Position numbers and translations under genes: made by a program
In this document: positions 40,223-53,098 of the stretch, one piece after another
How the letters are laid out: every line of letters begins with the position of its first letter
Position numbering within the stretch: position 1 is the first letter of the stretch
NCBI GenBank assembly: GCA_951406725.2
Contig: OX597820.1
Span: 49,414,001 to 49,478,000, forward strand
Origin: Octopus vulgaris
Lineage: Eukaryota
DNA: 64,000 bases
Reading direction: 5' to 3'
The notes under the pieces: model-generated
What the model was told of the DNA's origin: nothing
Database searches by the model: none
What the model saw: only the letters and a program-made list of their open reading frames with translations

Positions 40223-41110
40223 TGTGAACAGTTTTTGTGATATTTCTGCTGCTTTTCATTAAAGTATATATACACATATATATATTTTTATATATGTGTG
40301 TGTTTGTGTGTGCGTGCGTGTATGTTTCTGTGTCTGTGTTTGTCCCCAACCCTCACAAGACAACCGATGCTGCTGTGTTTACGTTCCCCGTAGCATAGTA
40401 GTTCGGCAAAGGACCGATAGAATAAGTACTAGGCTTACAGAGAATAAGTACTGGGGTCGATTTGCTCGACTAAAAAGGCGGTACTCCAGCATGGCCGCAG
40501 TCAAATGACTGAAACAAATAAACGAATAAAAAAATAAAAGTATAATATATCATAAAAATGTAATATAAATACTATGAAAATTAAAGATTACTAAGTTATT
40601 GAGTGTGATTCGGTGAGCACTTCTTTTAAATATTTTGCTTTTAATCGCAACTGATACATTTGACCTTTGAGGTTTTGCTATTACCATTTCTTATAAACAA
40701 ATTTGGTTGCTATAAACATAGCACGAATCCCTTTATTGTTCTGCTTCATTGAAATGAAAGGTCCAACTGAAAAGTTTTGAAATTTAAAAACTAAATGTCA
40801 AGAGTCGAATTGAGAAAATATGAAAATCAACTTAAGGAACAAGTGTCTGTTCTAGAATCACTACCTAGGTGGTGGAGGTGGTGGTGGTGGTAGAGCTGAT
40901 GGTAAAAGTGATGGTTGTGATGGTGAAGGTAATGGTGCTGGTGATAAAGTGGTGATGGTATTGGCGATGACGGTGTTGTTAAAGTTGTTGGTGGTGGTGG
41001 CGGTACTGGTAGTAGTGCTGGTGGTCACGCGTTAGATACTTCAAGACCCTCTTTGCCATCATATTCGTCATCATCATCATTATCATCATCATATTCAGTA
41101 GCATCTTCTT

Positions 41111-41156
<46 letters not shown>

Positions 41157-41213
41157 CATCATATTTGTCATTATCATCATTATCATCATCATATTCAGTA
41201 GCATCTTCTTCTT

Positions 41214-41246
<33 letters not shown>

Positions 41247-41694
41247 TTACTACTACTACTACTACTACTAGTTATTTTCCTCCTCCTACTCTCCTCCTTC
41301 ACCACCATCACCACCTCCTTGTTCAGACCTAAGTGAAGTCAAATCGTGCAAATATATGATCGAATGAGAACCGACTATAAATAACACATCATTTACTGGT
41401 TCTCGTCTGCCGTCATTATGTCATATGTTTTCACTTTTTTATTTCTTTCTTGTCGTCTCCTTTCGATATGATGAGGCGCTGTTTAGGGTAAGATTAGATT
41501 GGCATGCCTAAGAGGAAAGTTACAAGATTTGAGTAGAATTTCATGTTTGTATCTTTTCATGTTGGTTTAATAACATCGTAGTTTAATAACATTAATTAAT
41601 GAATGTTTACAAACAAACACTCACACATAAAATGATAGATAAACAGACAGCTAGCTAGCTAGCTAGCTAGATAGATAGATAGATAGATAGATAT

Positions 41695-41770
<76 letters not shown>

Positions 41771-42559
41771 GCAGACAGAGATAGATATGGTCATGTCTTT
41801 GTTTCTGTATAAGTGTGTAAGTGGGTGCTGTTACTTCTAATATATATGTTTCTTAGCCAAACCTGTCTTGAATTAACCAATATACGACCAAAAGTCTTCT
41901 AGTCATGAGCATCCAGTCCTAAAGATGTTATCATTAATATCAGCTCGGCTCTGATCAACCAGATCTTTGATCAAATTCCTCATCTCATCATTTATAAAAA
42001 ATATCTGCCTACAGTATATCAGGGCAGCATTCTGCTGACTGCATACATAAACTGTAGGGTTTAGTATATACAATACAATGAATCGAAATACTTTGACTCA
42101 CCGAAATTACTCAGTTAGAAGATTCCTTATATGGGACGTACAAAAGTTAAAGAAAAAGAAATAACAGAAGATTTATACCTTCAATAAAAACCAGTTGATC
42201 GAAATGTTTGTACAATACAATGTAGATTGTCCAAAACCCAGAGGTTCAATTTATCTTATTAAACAAAGTATGGTAAAAAAAAAAAAAAAAAATAAACAAA
42301 TTAGGCAGTTTGGTGATTATTTCTAGAAAACAATTGAATTCCCTGGCTCATAGCTTTATATTAGTGGGATGTGCAATAAATGTGACGAAAGTTATCGTTT
42401 AGACCTTTGTTGGATAAGGAGAGTCTCCCGACATAATCTCAGAGCACACAGATTTCTTTGTTATGAAGTAATGAGGGTCCAGGTAAGTGGTCACTCTAAC
42501 AGCAAGAAATAAGATCGTACTTTCTCTCATATTACACACACCAACTTTAAGAAGTACAC

Positions 42560-42895
42560 AGGCGCAGGATTGGCTGTGTGGTAAGTAACTTGCTTACCAA
42601 CCACATGGTCCCGGGTTCTGTCCTACTGCGTGGCCCCTTGGGCAAGTGTCTTCTACTATAGCCTCGGACCGACCAAAGCCTTGTGTGTGTGCATGTTTTT
42701 GTGTCTGTGTTTGTCCCCTCAACATCGTTTTGACAACCAATGCTGGTTTGTTTACGTCCCAGTAACTTAGTGGTTCGGCAAAAGAGACCGATAGAATAAG
42801 TACTGGGCTTACAAAGAATAAGTCCTGTGGTCGATATGCTCGACTAAAGGCGGTGCTCCAGCATGGCCACATTCAAATGACTGAAACAATAAAAT
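42560..42895 (+). mobile_element. SINE family A copy with internal deletion
   Basis: GGCGCAGGATTGGCTGTGTGGTAAG ... CAAATGACTGAAACAATAAAATG. Confidence 0.88.
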
Positions 42896-43496
42896 GAATG
42901 ATGTTTGATGTCATTTCATCACAAAAATCAGATGGTCACTGTTGGAATGTGTTTCACCATAAGTGTACTCAAACACGCTGACCTACTTTCAACAACCACT
43001 CCAACTACAACAACAGCATCACCATTAGCAGTAGCGGTAGCAGCAAAACTATTTTTATAACTATTTTTTTGTAAATGTTACATTTTAAAATTTTTATAAA
43101 AATATAAAATGAGTGAGATCAATAAAAAAATAATCAATTATCGACAGGTATCTTCGTTGAAAACAACACAGTAACATACACTTCTTTTCGTGATGGGAGT
43201 ATAATTCTATACCATCATAAACATCAAATAAGATTTCAAAATTCAATACTTGATAGTAGGGTAAGATTGACTATAGTTCAGATAAAATAAATCGAATACA
43301 GCAATATAGGGTAACTAGTGAATGGTCTGTATCTTCAAATGAAATAGGTTGTAAGATGACATGTTTGATTTTATTTATTAATGATCATATTTTAAAGTCC
43401 ATATTCATAACAGAATTCTATTATTTGAAATTCAGACTTCAGAAGACGCACTAAAATTAATGCTGTGTTCTTTTTGTCTTTCATTTTTTTTTTCAG

Positions 43497-43752
43497 TTAA
43501 GAGTGCCAAAATTCGTTGCTTTCACTGTCATATCCTGGTTTTGCAGTGAGCAAACAAACCTATTTCAGGAATCATCATCCAATTTCTTATTTTCCGACAA
43601 AATGTCCGTTTTATTACATTAACTAATCTTACGCTTTTAAATACAAGAAAGTGGGGTAGTTGGATGCAAACATGGCAGCTATTTCTAACACGTCTTGCGA
43701 GACTGTAGAGCGTAGAGTTACACACGTTTTAAATGGTCGAAAGAGAGCAGAG
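43497..43752 (+). other. Candidate 256-nt exon containing 5' UTR and a translation start
   Basis: Long polypyrimidine acceptor TTCTTTTTGTCTTTCATTTTTTTTTTCAG|, donor GAG|GTAAAA, unique sequence between. Confidence 0.5.
43672..43752 (+). CDS. Candidate first coding segment MAAISNTSCETVERRVTHVLNGRKRAE (27 codons, phase 0), product unknown
   Basis: Kozak-like context CAAAC-ATG-G, in-frame TAG 15 nt upstream, and the only frame open up to the donor. No downstream coding exon was confidently identified. Confidence 0.4.
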
Positions 43753-44231
43753 GTAAAATTTATCACCAAAAAGTGTACGAGATTATAACAGGAAAATCAC
43801 AAAGTGCGTACTTTCTGATAAGCATTTAATTGAGGACCATTTCTTTTCTAAACAAATCTAGAAAAAGGAAAAATGGAACTATGCAGTTAGTCGAAACGGC
43901 AGTCAATGTATGTACGCATGTATATCTGTCTGTCTGTATGTATGTATTTACCTACATACATATATATATATGTATGCATATGTACGTGTATTTGTACTAA
44001 TAAGTTTCTCTTTGTGGTCACATCGGGTTTGTTGAGAGCAATCATAGGAAAAATTCGGAGTAGCGCCAGAATATGAACTAAGTGAATAAACTACCACTCA
44101 TTGCAGAATTCTTTCTTATGCAGCGATAAACAGAGATACATAAACATATGCATGTGTATGTGCGTGTATAACTATACACACAAACATATATACATATATG
44201 TACGTGTCTCTGTTTGTGTGCGTGTGTATAT

Positions 44232-44289
<58 letters not shown>

Positions 44290-44303
44290 ATGTATGTATG
44301 TAT

Positions 44304-44334
<31 letters not shown>

Positions 44335-44993
44335 TAACTGTTATTATCAAATTATCGAAGCCATTATATGCTACAGATGTGCAGTATCGTCATATATGTA
44401 GGTCTAACTTTGTCAAATACACCGTTTAGACCGAGCTATAATATCATATCGATATTTCTGAATGCGAACGAGAAATGACGAATAGAATGTAACAATATTA
44501 ACCTGACAATACTGTTTATATCCGGTAACCTATTTTTCTCTTTTGCACAGATCAATGTCAGTTGCTCGCTGCCCTTTTTGTCCTTTTCTATTTTCTTTTT
44601 GTTTGTTTGTTTCTTTCTTTTTTTCATTTATTTTGTTGTTAATCTGTTCTCTTCCAATCACTCTTGTCGAGAGAAAAATACGGTATTGAAAGTAAAAACT
44701 GAAATGAATTTCGCTCGACAAAATACTCTATTCAATTGAGTATATGTGTTTGATGTGAACATGAACGGTTCTGTATGGAATTTTTAGACTAAAACTATTT
44801 TGTATAGCGAGAAAAGGCAAAAAAAAAAAAAAAAGAATGTATTGAGTTGCCAGAATAGGTCAATTGACATACATACATGCACGCACGTTCACATGCATCA
44901 CACATGCATATACACAAACTACACAGGATTTCTCACATAAGCAATGCAACACATGAGCAAACTCACTCGAACACACCGTAGTAAATAAACATA

Positions 44994-45213
44994 TACGAGG
45001 GGATGCTGAAAAGTTCCTGGTTTTAAGGGTGTCACTAAAGGTCTGGCTAAAGGCCCAGCCATCCGTGTTCTTTTACAGGGCTTAGAAACACTGAATGACT
45101 ATTTCAATAAGTGTGTGGATCTGAGAGGAGAATTTGTTTACAATATCATAATTAACTGATCCTCTTGCATTCTATTTTACCCATAGCGAGGGACTTTTCA
45201 GCATCCCTTCGTG
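44994..45213 (+). mobile_element. mariner-derived MITE
   Basis: TA-CGAGGGGATGCTGAAAAGTTCCTGG ... GGGACTTTTCAGCATCCCTTCG, with internal FFTGLE..NKCVDLRGEFV-like transposase tail. Confidence 0.82.
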
Positions 45214-45230
45214 AGTATTATGTGTGTGTT

Positions 45231-45274
<44 letters not shown>

Positions 45275-45286
45275 TGTGTGTGTATA

Positions 45287-45498
45287 TACGAGGGGTTGCT
45301 GAGAAATTCCTGGTTTTAAGGGCATGGCGGAAGGCCTGGAGGCCTAACCTTCTGAACTCTTTTACAGGGCTTAGAAAAAGAACTGCTGCAATAAGTGTGT
45401 GAATCTGCGAGGGCAATTTGTTAAAAAGAATCATAACTAACTGATTCTCGTGTATTTTCTATTACTCGAAGTCAGGAACTTTTCAGCACCGCCTCATA
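45287..45498 (+). mobile_element. mariner-derived MITE (second adjacent copy)
   Basis: TA-CGAGGGGTTGCTGAGAAATTCCTGG ... CAGGAACTTTTCAGCACCGCCTCA-TA, with internal CNKCVNLRGQFVK. Confidence 0.82.
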
Positions 45499-45610
45499 AT
45501 CTACAAGACCTAATATAGATATCAGAAATGAAAAGTGTAGGAGAAAGACTGGGAGAAATGCTGAAAAACAACCTCTACCAGGAAACTATTAAGTTTTCTA
45601 GTATGTGAGG

Positions 45611-45768
45611 CAGTGGCTCCGAACTTGTGGTTCGTGGGCCCTTGGTGGTGAACTAAATTCAAAATTTCAGATTTATATATATAAGGATAAGCTTATTAAA
45701 AGGGTTCCGTAGGAAAACTTATTTAAATAAAAGGAATCCTCGGTAGTGAAAAGGTTGAGGAACCACTG
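45611..45768. mobile_element. hAT (Charlie-like) MITE, decayed
   Basis: Ends CAGTGGCTCCGAAC / GTTGAGGAACCACTG. Confidence 0.6.
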
Positions 45769-46412
45769 TAAAGCAAGAAATAAAATTGTTCCGACTCTAT
45801 TAATTATGCCAGCGTCCATTTTATTATTCAGTGTGTAGTTATCAACCATTCACTGCATTATGCTAATCGTTCACGTATTCGACATCTAAAATCCGGCAGG
45901 TGTCACCACTAATTGTCCAAATGAGGTGTTATCTTGGCCGCCTTGTCAGTTCGTATTCAGCTCAATGCGTTACTTATTTCTAGAAAGAGTGACAACTTGG
46001 GAAGGGTGCTATGATAGGTACACTAATGCCTTGATGACTGTTGTAAATGAATACTAAGGATCTTAAAGAAAAATGAAACTTCAAATCTGTTATTTATACA
46101 TTGATAGTTATGTCATCTATTTATCTCATTCTTTTTTTCTCTCTGCTTATATACAACCATATATACACACATTCATAATATATCTCTTGAAATGGGTTTC
46201 CTGATTGTATAGTAGATGCAATTATATTTCATGATTTTCTTTTTTAACATAAAGCAGGTGAAAGATATCTATTCAGTTATGTGAAGCAATAAAACTTCTA
46301 TTCGTTATTACCTAATATTTCTTTATCTATGCGGTATGGAGCAATTATATGATCACATACAGGTGTGTGTGCGTGTGTGTGAGCGCGCTCGCGTCCATGT
46401 GCATATATATAA

Positions 46413-46486
<74 letters not shown>

Positions 46487-47163
46487 TCATATAAAATACA
46501 TACACAAATACGTGCATGCACACATATACACACACGCATACATACATAGTGCTTTATATAGCAAATCTATTATGTATTATATATGATAGAATTGATATCT
46601 TAAAATATTTTGTAACTCATATTTTCAAAAAAAAATGAATTCTTTTGCGAGGGATTTGAATGACAAGTAAGAGGAAGAAAAATTACCCGTCTAGCTTTGC
46701 GTATCGAGTTTATTTGAATGGAATTCATAATTGCACGTGTGATGAAATGCACCCATTGAAGCAGTATCTGTGTTCCATAGGCCGTCTTTGTCCGATGACA
46801 CCAGTGGTATAGGCGCGAAGATTTATTAGTGTCAAGTTTCTTGGTGCAAGGTACCTAGATGCAGCCTAGCGGCGATAAATTAACTTGACTTCATTTAGTT
46901 GTTGTCAGTTCTCAATGGTTTGTTTGATTAAGCATCGTCCCATGGATAAATCAGTAGAATATTTGGGACAGTCACCAATATGGACGGTCGTATTGGATTC
47001 ACTATCCAATTGCGCATAGCAGATAAATTCTGTTTGTCGAACACAGGGATCTAACCGATCAGTGCTAAGGTTAGATACATGTGAATAATGCAATGAGACA
47101 GATGAGCAGATGAAAGGATGCTGGGAGACTAGATACTTGGCATCCGTCATTGCTGGTCTAAAT

Positions 47164-47348
47164 CAGTGGTCCGCAACCGGTATGTCGCGGTACACTGGTG
47201 TGCCACGAGACGGCGCTAGTTGTGCTGCAATGTAACCTGAATATCATTTTTTTTCCCTATACTTTTAGATATATTTTTAGTTCAGGTGTGCCGCCGAATT
47301 TTAAAAAGAATGTAAGTGTACCGCAAATAATTAGGTTGCGGAGCACTG
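47164..47348. mobile_element. hAT MITE
   Basis: TIRs CAGTGGTCCGCAACC / GGTTGCGGAGCACTG, with internal GTGTGCC repeats. Confidence 0.75.
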
Positions 47349-47931
47349 GTAAAAAAATAATGGTATTTTGTTTGTGATCTGTGTCACTTTTCTTTACTTT
47401 TTCTGCCTCTCCGTTTTATGCAACGTTCAGCAGATTATCCGATACGATACTATACTATACTAATGCAGTCCGAAATGTTCAGGGGCCGAAAAAGGGTGCG
47501 AAAGTCCTACCTGTAACATTCATGTTCGACGGTCCTCAAGAACAGGATTAATCTAGGGCTAAACAAACAGATCGGCAACAAAATGTAATTTTCGTCATAA
47601 TTATTGACAATTTTATGTTCCTTTTAATTATCCAAATAAAATATGGAGAAGTCTGAAAATGAAGTAAATTTTTAAATAGCCAAGAATTTCGATTTCAAAG
47701 TAAGGATATCTCGATATTTTTCGTCGATGCGTTTCGTGTTACTTCTTTCATTCGACAGCATATTTCGTTTCCTTCTACTTTTCGCTATTTCCTTAGGTGC
47801 TGTAGAATTAGCAAGTGGCAGCAATCGAAATTTACAAGGACGGAAGTAACACCCAATCCCTGACCGCCATGAGCATTTTCAATGACAATGGTCAGCGATC
47901 TCGAGAAATAAAAAGCAGAAGAAAATATACC

Positions 47932-48035
<104 letters not shown>

Positions 48036-48722
48036 TATTTGTTCATAAAGAAAAATAGCTACAAAAATAAAACAGAAAAGACATCGAGTAAAATTGCTAA
48101 GGAAATAACATATTACATAACAGTTTACATTGAAGGAGTCCGTGTAAATCTCCACGATAAACGCAATAAGGCATTCGTGTCGTTTTTATATTTTTTCATC
48201 ATTCTTTTTGGAATAATGTTTTACACCATTTGTAAGTAAGTATCTGCTGAGCAAAATGCAACTTAGCAGAAAACATTTAAAACACTTGCAATGCGGTTAT
48301 TATCGCTTTAGATCAAATACTTGATAGCTCAACGAATATAAACGACAGAGAATCAGATAACCAGAAACTTCACATTCTATATCTGCTTGGTTTTAGGCTA
48401 GTAGGGATTTATATGTCACTTGACTGTAATATAACTTGCAAGGGGAGGAGGAGGAGGAGGAGGAGGAGAAATAATATTTTACAACATTCGTTGTCGCATG
48501 CACGAGTAAATATGTGTGCGTATGTGTGTGTGTGTGTAAATCGCTTTCTTTTGAATGCATGGCTATTTATTAAGATATATACACACCTTTGGGATAAATA
48601 TGGAAAGTTGCTCACTGAAATTTGCTAATGCATCTCTATACATGTTTGAGTAGGACTTCTTGAATGGCTAGCTGATAATAGAAGCAAGAAATAATATTGC
48701 TTGAAATGAGGTTCCTTGGTAA

Positions 48723-48784
<62 letters not shown>

Positions 48785-49811
48785 GTGTGTGCGCGTGTGT
48801 GCATGTGTGTGCGTCCAGGTAATAAATAAACGAGAGCTATTCTAGCTTGCAGCTAATGGCAGAATGAGAGAATTGCAGGGAAAGAGAGATAGGATGCTAG
48901 GTAGCAATGAATCTATTCTTGTGAACGAAATGTAATAAAAAAAAATTACAACACAATACTGAGTGGATTATTCAGAGATTTTAACAGCCACACCGATGCA
49001 ATAGGAATTGAGTTTCCATCGTCATTGACCACATTATCTCTTTGCAATAAAGCAGAGGTCACTGACATGGAGTAAAATGAGAGTATGTAGGAGTGTACAG
49101 ATGGTTCTAATATTCTTCTCACAACGCAGCGCAACCAATTCTGAGAGAGAAACTGGGGATAGTGTTAAGGAAACGACACTAATATTTTTTCACGACTGAA
49201 GAATGATGAAAGCCAAAGGTTACTTCGGTAGGAAAAATTTAAAGATCTAGAACAAAAATCGCATCGTATATGTCCGACCCTCTATTTGATTCTGTCAAGC
49301 AATTGCCTGTCCTTTCTTATAGGAGAATATTAGAATAGAAATTTCTATTTATGTTTCATTTTAACAACTTATTTATAAATCACCATTCTGCAATGGTATT
49401 AAACATATGTTAATGTGTAATCAGATTTATGCTATACCAAATAAAGTTCAAAATATTAAGTCTTACACGGCCTTGATTATGATTTTAAATCCGTGATTGT
49501 TTTGAATAGGTGTAAGGTTTGTGAAATACGACGGGTTTTGGTTTTATGTACGGTTTTCTTAGCTTGAACAATTGGACAGTGCCTATGTTAAGGTAACTCT
49601 TTTCAAAGATTTTAGCCTGTTATATTGATCAAAGAACATCACATAGAGCTCAACTATTCGACGACAGTATATAAATTTTCCGAGGTCTTCTGTCGCGATA
49701 CGATTATGGGCTTCCTTTCAGTTATCAAGTAAATACCACAATGATTCTACACTGATTTATTTAAATCTACACATCTTCATGTATTTCCATATGTGTGTGT
49801 GTATGTGTGTA

Positions 49812-49847
<36 letters not shown>

Positions 49848-50014
49848 TGTATGTATGTATGTATGTATGTATGTGTATATATATATATATATATACATAT
49901 ATGGACACGCACATACACAGACATATATGTATATCTATATAAATATAAAGCTTATAATCAGATGTATACACACACACATACATACAGACATATATATTAA
50001 GATAGATAGATGGG

Positions 50015-50094
<80 letters not shown>

Positions 50095-50939
50095 AAGAAA
50101 GATAGATAGAGTTTTTGTAAACTCACAAAGGTGCCTTTTGCATCAATAATATATAGTTAAGTGCAGATTACATACTGAATGCGATGAAATGGTTTTCTGA
50201 ATCAGTTGCAATGTTATCTATACTTAGAAGAAAATCTTTAGCGTTAATATAAATTTTTCGTAAGAGCCGCAAAAGAATAACTTCGAAATTCCTATTAACC
50301 AAAATTTGAACAGATATGCCAATGCTTGGTTGGACTGACCTTCTTTTTTAGCCAAAGTGAGAACTCTTCACATCGTCGAATATTATTATGTGCCACTGCA
50401 TAAATAGTAAATCATTTTCACACCAAAATAGCCTATACTATAAATTGTGTGGTCTGATCTTTGTGTCTTCATTTTATTCTTTACTTTTCTCGTTAATTAC
50501 ATAAATGTCATAACATGTCACATAAAAACCCATCTCGTTATAGGTATGCTCCCTCAAGGTTGATTCGAAGCCAAACAACTAACTACACAACTCAATTAAT
50601 GCACAAATGTCATAGAACAAAATAAATTCCATATCCTTACTCTTACTTCACACACAGCACTCACAGCACACACACACATTCAGTTTCCTTAAAGGTACAG
50701 CTTATTGCTAGATCGGTGAGATAATAAGTATTTGGACTTTTACATTTTTTAATTGCTCACATCAAGATCGGCTTTCGGTCGATAAAGTAAATGCTAGCGA
50801 AGAACTAATGCAAACCTAATCAATCACCAATGCTTAGTATCTTGTCTAGTGCATGTATTTTTTCCTGGTTCATGGAAATTTTCAGTTCATGTGCAGTGCC
50901 TTGTATAATATATTTTGAGTATGTTCTGTATGTTTAATC

Positions 50940-51220
50940 TTTGGATCGCAGAAAAGATATGGTAACAAATACAAGAACAGTTTTTTAAAATGTCGTGAAG
51001 AAAATGTCATACTTGGGGAAATGTTAATTCATATAGATATAAGAAATTTAAACTAATAGTATAAATATGCTTGTAAAGGAAATTATGAACCTACCAAGTT
51101 ATAAAGACCTGACAACATAGCAAGGCATGATATGGATAACGGAAAAAAAATAAATAAGAGTATTGGAAATCATTAAAATCATGCAGACAAATAAAGAACT
51201 TGGTCCCTGTGATTTACACT
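50940..51220 (+). mobile_element. Very old R4/Dong-like RLE remnant
   Basis: An LPSYKDL-like motif and flanking similarity to the K..KYKDL segment of the other copies. Confidence 0.35.
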
Positions 51221-51943
51221 TAAAAAACGTACACAAATTAGTACTACTAGGCAATTCACACTAATTGAAAGGGCATGCAAAGGACAGCAGAGTATCAGTT
51301 CCTCTTATTTCTGACAATAGAAGGTAGATTCCAAAGAAAGGAGAGCCATGAGTCTAACTCTAGTAACAAGAAAAAGAAAACAGAAAAACTGATAGGTGTG
51401 GCGCTAGTATCCCAGGGAGCATAAACCAAATATGATCTCTTATAATTTTCTGTTAAAGTAGATTATGATTCTAAAACATACTTTTAGGAATGAAGTGTTA
51501 GGAATTAGTTGTTAAGGTTTACAGTTTTAGTTTTAGAATTTAGGGTTTATAATTCAGTGCTAGGTTTTGGGTTGAGTGTTAACACGGAAAAGAAGCGATA
51601 TTGGAAACATTCAAATGGTGAATTTTGTCTTTTTCTATTTTTGGAGAAAACAGAAATTTAAAGAAACTTATTAAATTATTAAAAAAAAAAAATTATTTCC
51701 GTTACTTTGACTGATATTCTGCCAGTTGTTCGCTAAAAACATTTACTATGATTTAAATACATTGCAGTACGGCTTTGACACAATTCCCTGTATCATCGGT
51801 TAGAACAACGCCGAGTATTTCAACCAATATGCACACATACAAACGCCCCCAGCCTCACATATATGTGTTTGTGAATATGTGTACGTACGTGCATGTGTAT
51901 GTGCGTGCATGTGTATGAGCGTGTATGTATGTGTATGCGTGTG

Positions 51944-51984
<41 letters not shown>

Positions 51985-52773
51985 CTGTGTGTATGCCTGT
52001 GTGTGTGTGTGTGCTATGATGGCTTATTTAAAGGAAGAGATGTCAGCGTTTAGAACAATGTTATATTTTTCCAAACTGCTTTTAGAAAACAAACAAAAAA
52101 ATAAACTCATAAACAGGAGTGTCAAGTTGTTTTGGGGATACACTGGAATTTTCGAAACCATTTTGGAAAACAGGCTGTCACATATTTCAAGATCTACAGA
52201 GAACATAAAACATATTTCACTTCGAGAAAAGTAGAAATTCTATCACAAGAATAAATTAATAAGCAAAATGAACATATTCTTCTCACGTCATAGAATCTAT
52301 GATATGCACGGGACTGATCTCCTATATATATATATATATATGTATTTATTGACTTGTTTGTGTTGTGAGGATAATATGATAGACGAAGACATCTAAAATA
52401 TTACTGAAAAAGACGGCCCCTCGCTGTGCGCAACAAAATGCTTTCTAAGGTTTTAGAAACGCTAATATTTTTCTCTTATTTCATTTTAGGGAAAATGGCT
52501 GTTGTTACATAAATAAAAACAACGGACAATTCCTATCATAAACAGGGAAAAAATATTTCTTCGTGTTTTATTCTCATGACTGTAAGGCAAATCTTTACAA
52601 ACATAGACGAGATTGATGAGTATATACATACACACGTGTGCGCGCGCACATACACACACACGCACACATACACATATATCGATACATAGACAGGTGTGTG
52701 TATGTATATATTTATATATATATATATATATATATACATCTATGCATAAATATACATGTGTGTATGTGTGTGT

Positions 52774-52825
<52 letters not shown>

Positions 52826-52961
52826 GGAGCTACATAGATAGATAGACAGACAGACAAACAGTCAGACAGACAGATAGATTCATAGATAGATAGATATATT
52901 GTATATATGAATATACTGACATGTGATTGTGTGTGTGTGTGTGTGAAAGAAAAAACGAGCG

Positions 52962-53029
<68 letters not shown>

Positions 53030-53098
53030 GAGGAGGAGGAGGAGGAGGATTATGATGATGAGGACGACGACGACGATAATAATAATGATAATAATAAC
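52962..53098. repeat. (AAT)n(GAG)n(GAC)n compound microsatellite
   Basis: Direct reading of the sequence. Confidence 0.95.

Larger units (their letters stand above)
40018..40265. mobile_element. Non-autonomous Penelope-like element with two inverted pLTR/hammerhead units
   Basis: Large inverted repeat, about 40090-40164 / 40176-40265. Same family as 7719-7892, flanked by (TA)n. Confidence 0.78.
39820..40530 (+). mobile_element. SINE family A copy interrupted at its internal (TA)n by a Penelope-like element
   Basis: Head 39820-39985, tail about 40320-40530, insertion 40018-40265. Confidence 0.85.

Noticed and set aside
46740-47150. Non-repetitive-looking segment with an 81-aa minus-strand ORF
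   Set aside because: No recognisable domain or splice architecture; probably an old TE remnant that I cannot classify.
47798-47892. Strong-looking acceptor TTTTCGCTATTTCCTTAG with downstream unique sequence
   Set aside because: Phase-0 reading hits TAG at codon 3 and the other frames stop soon after; the donors are weak. It cannot be linked to the candidate start exon.
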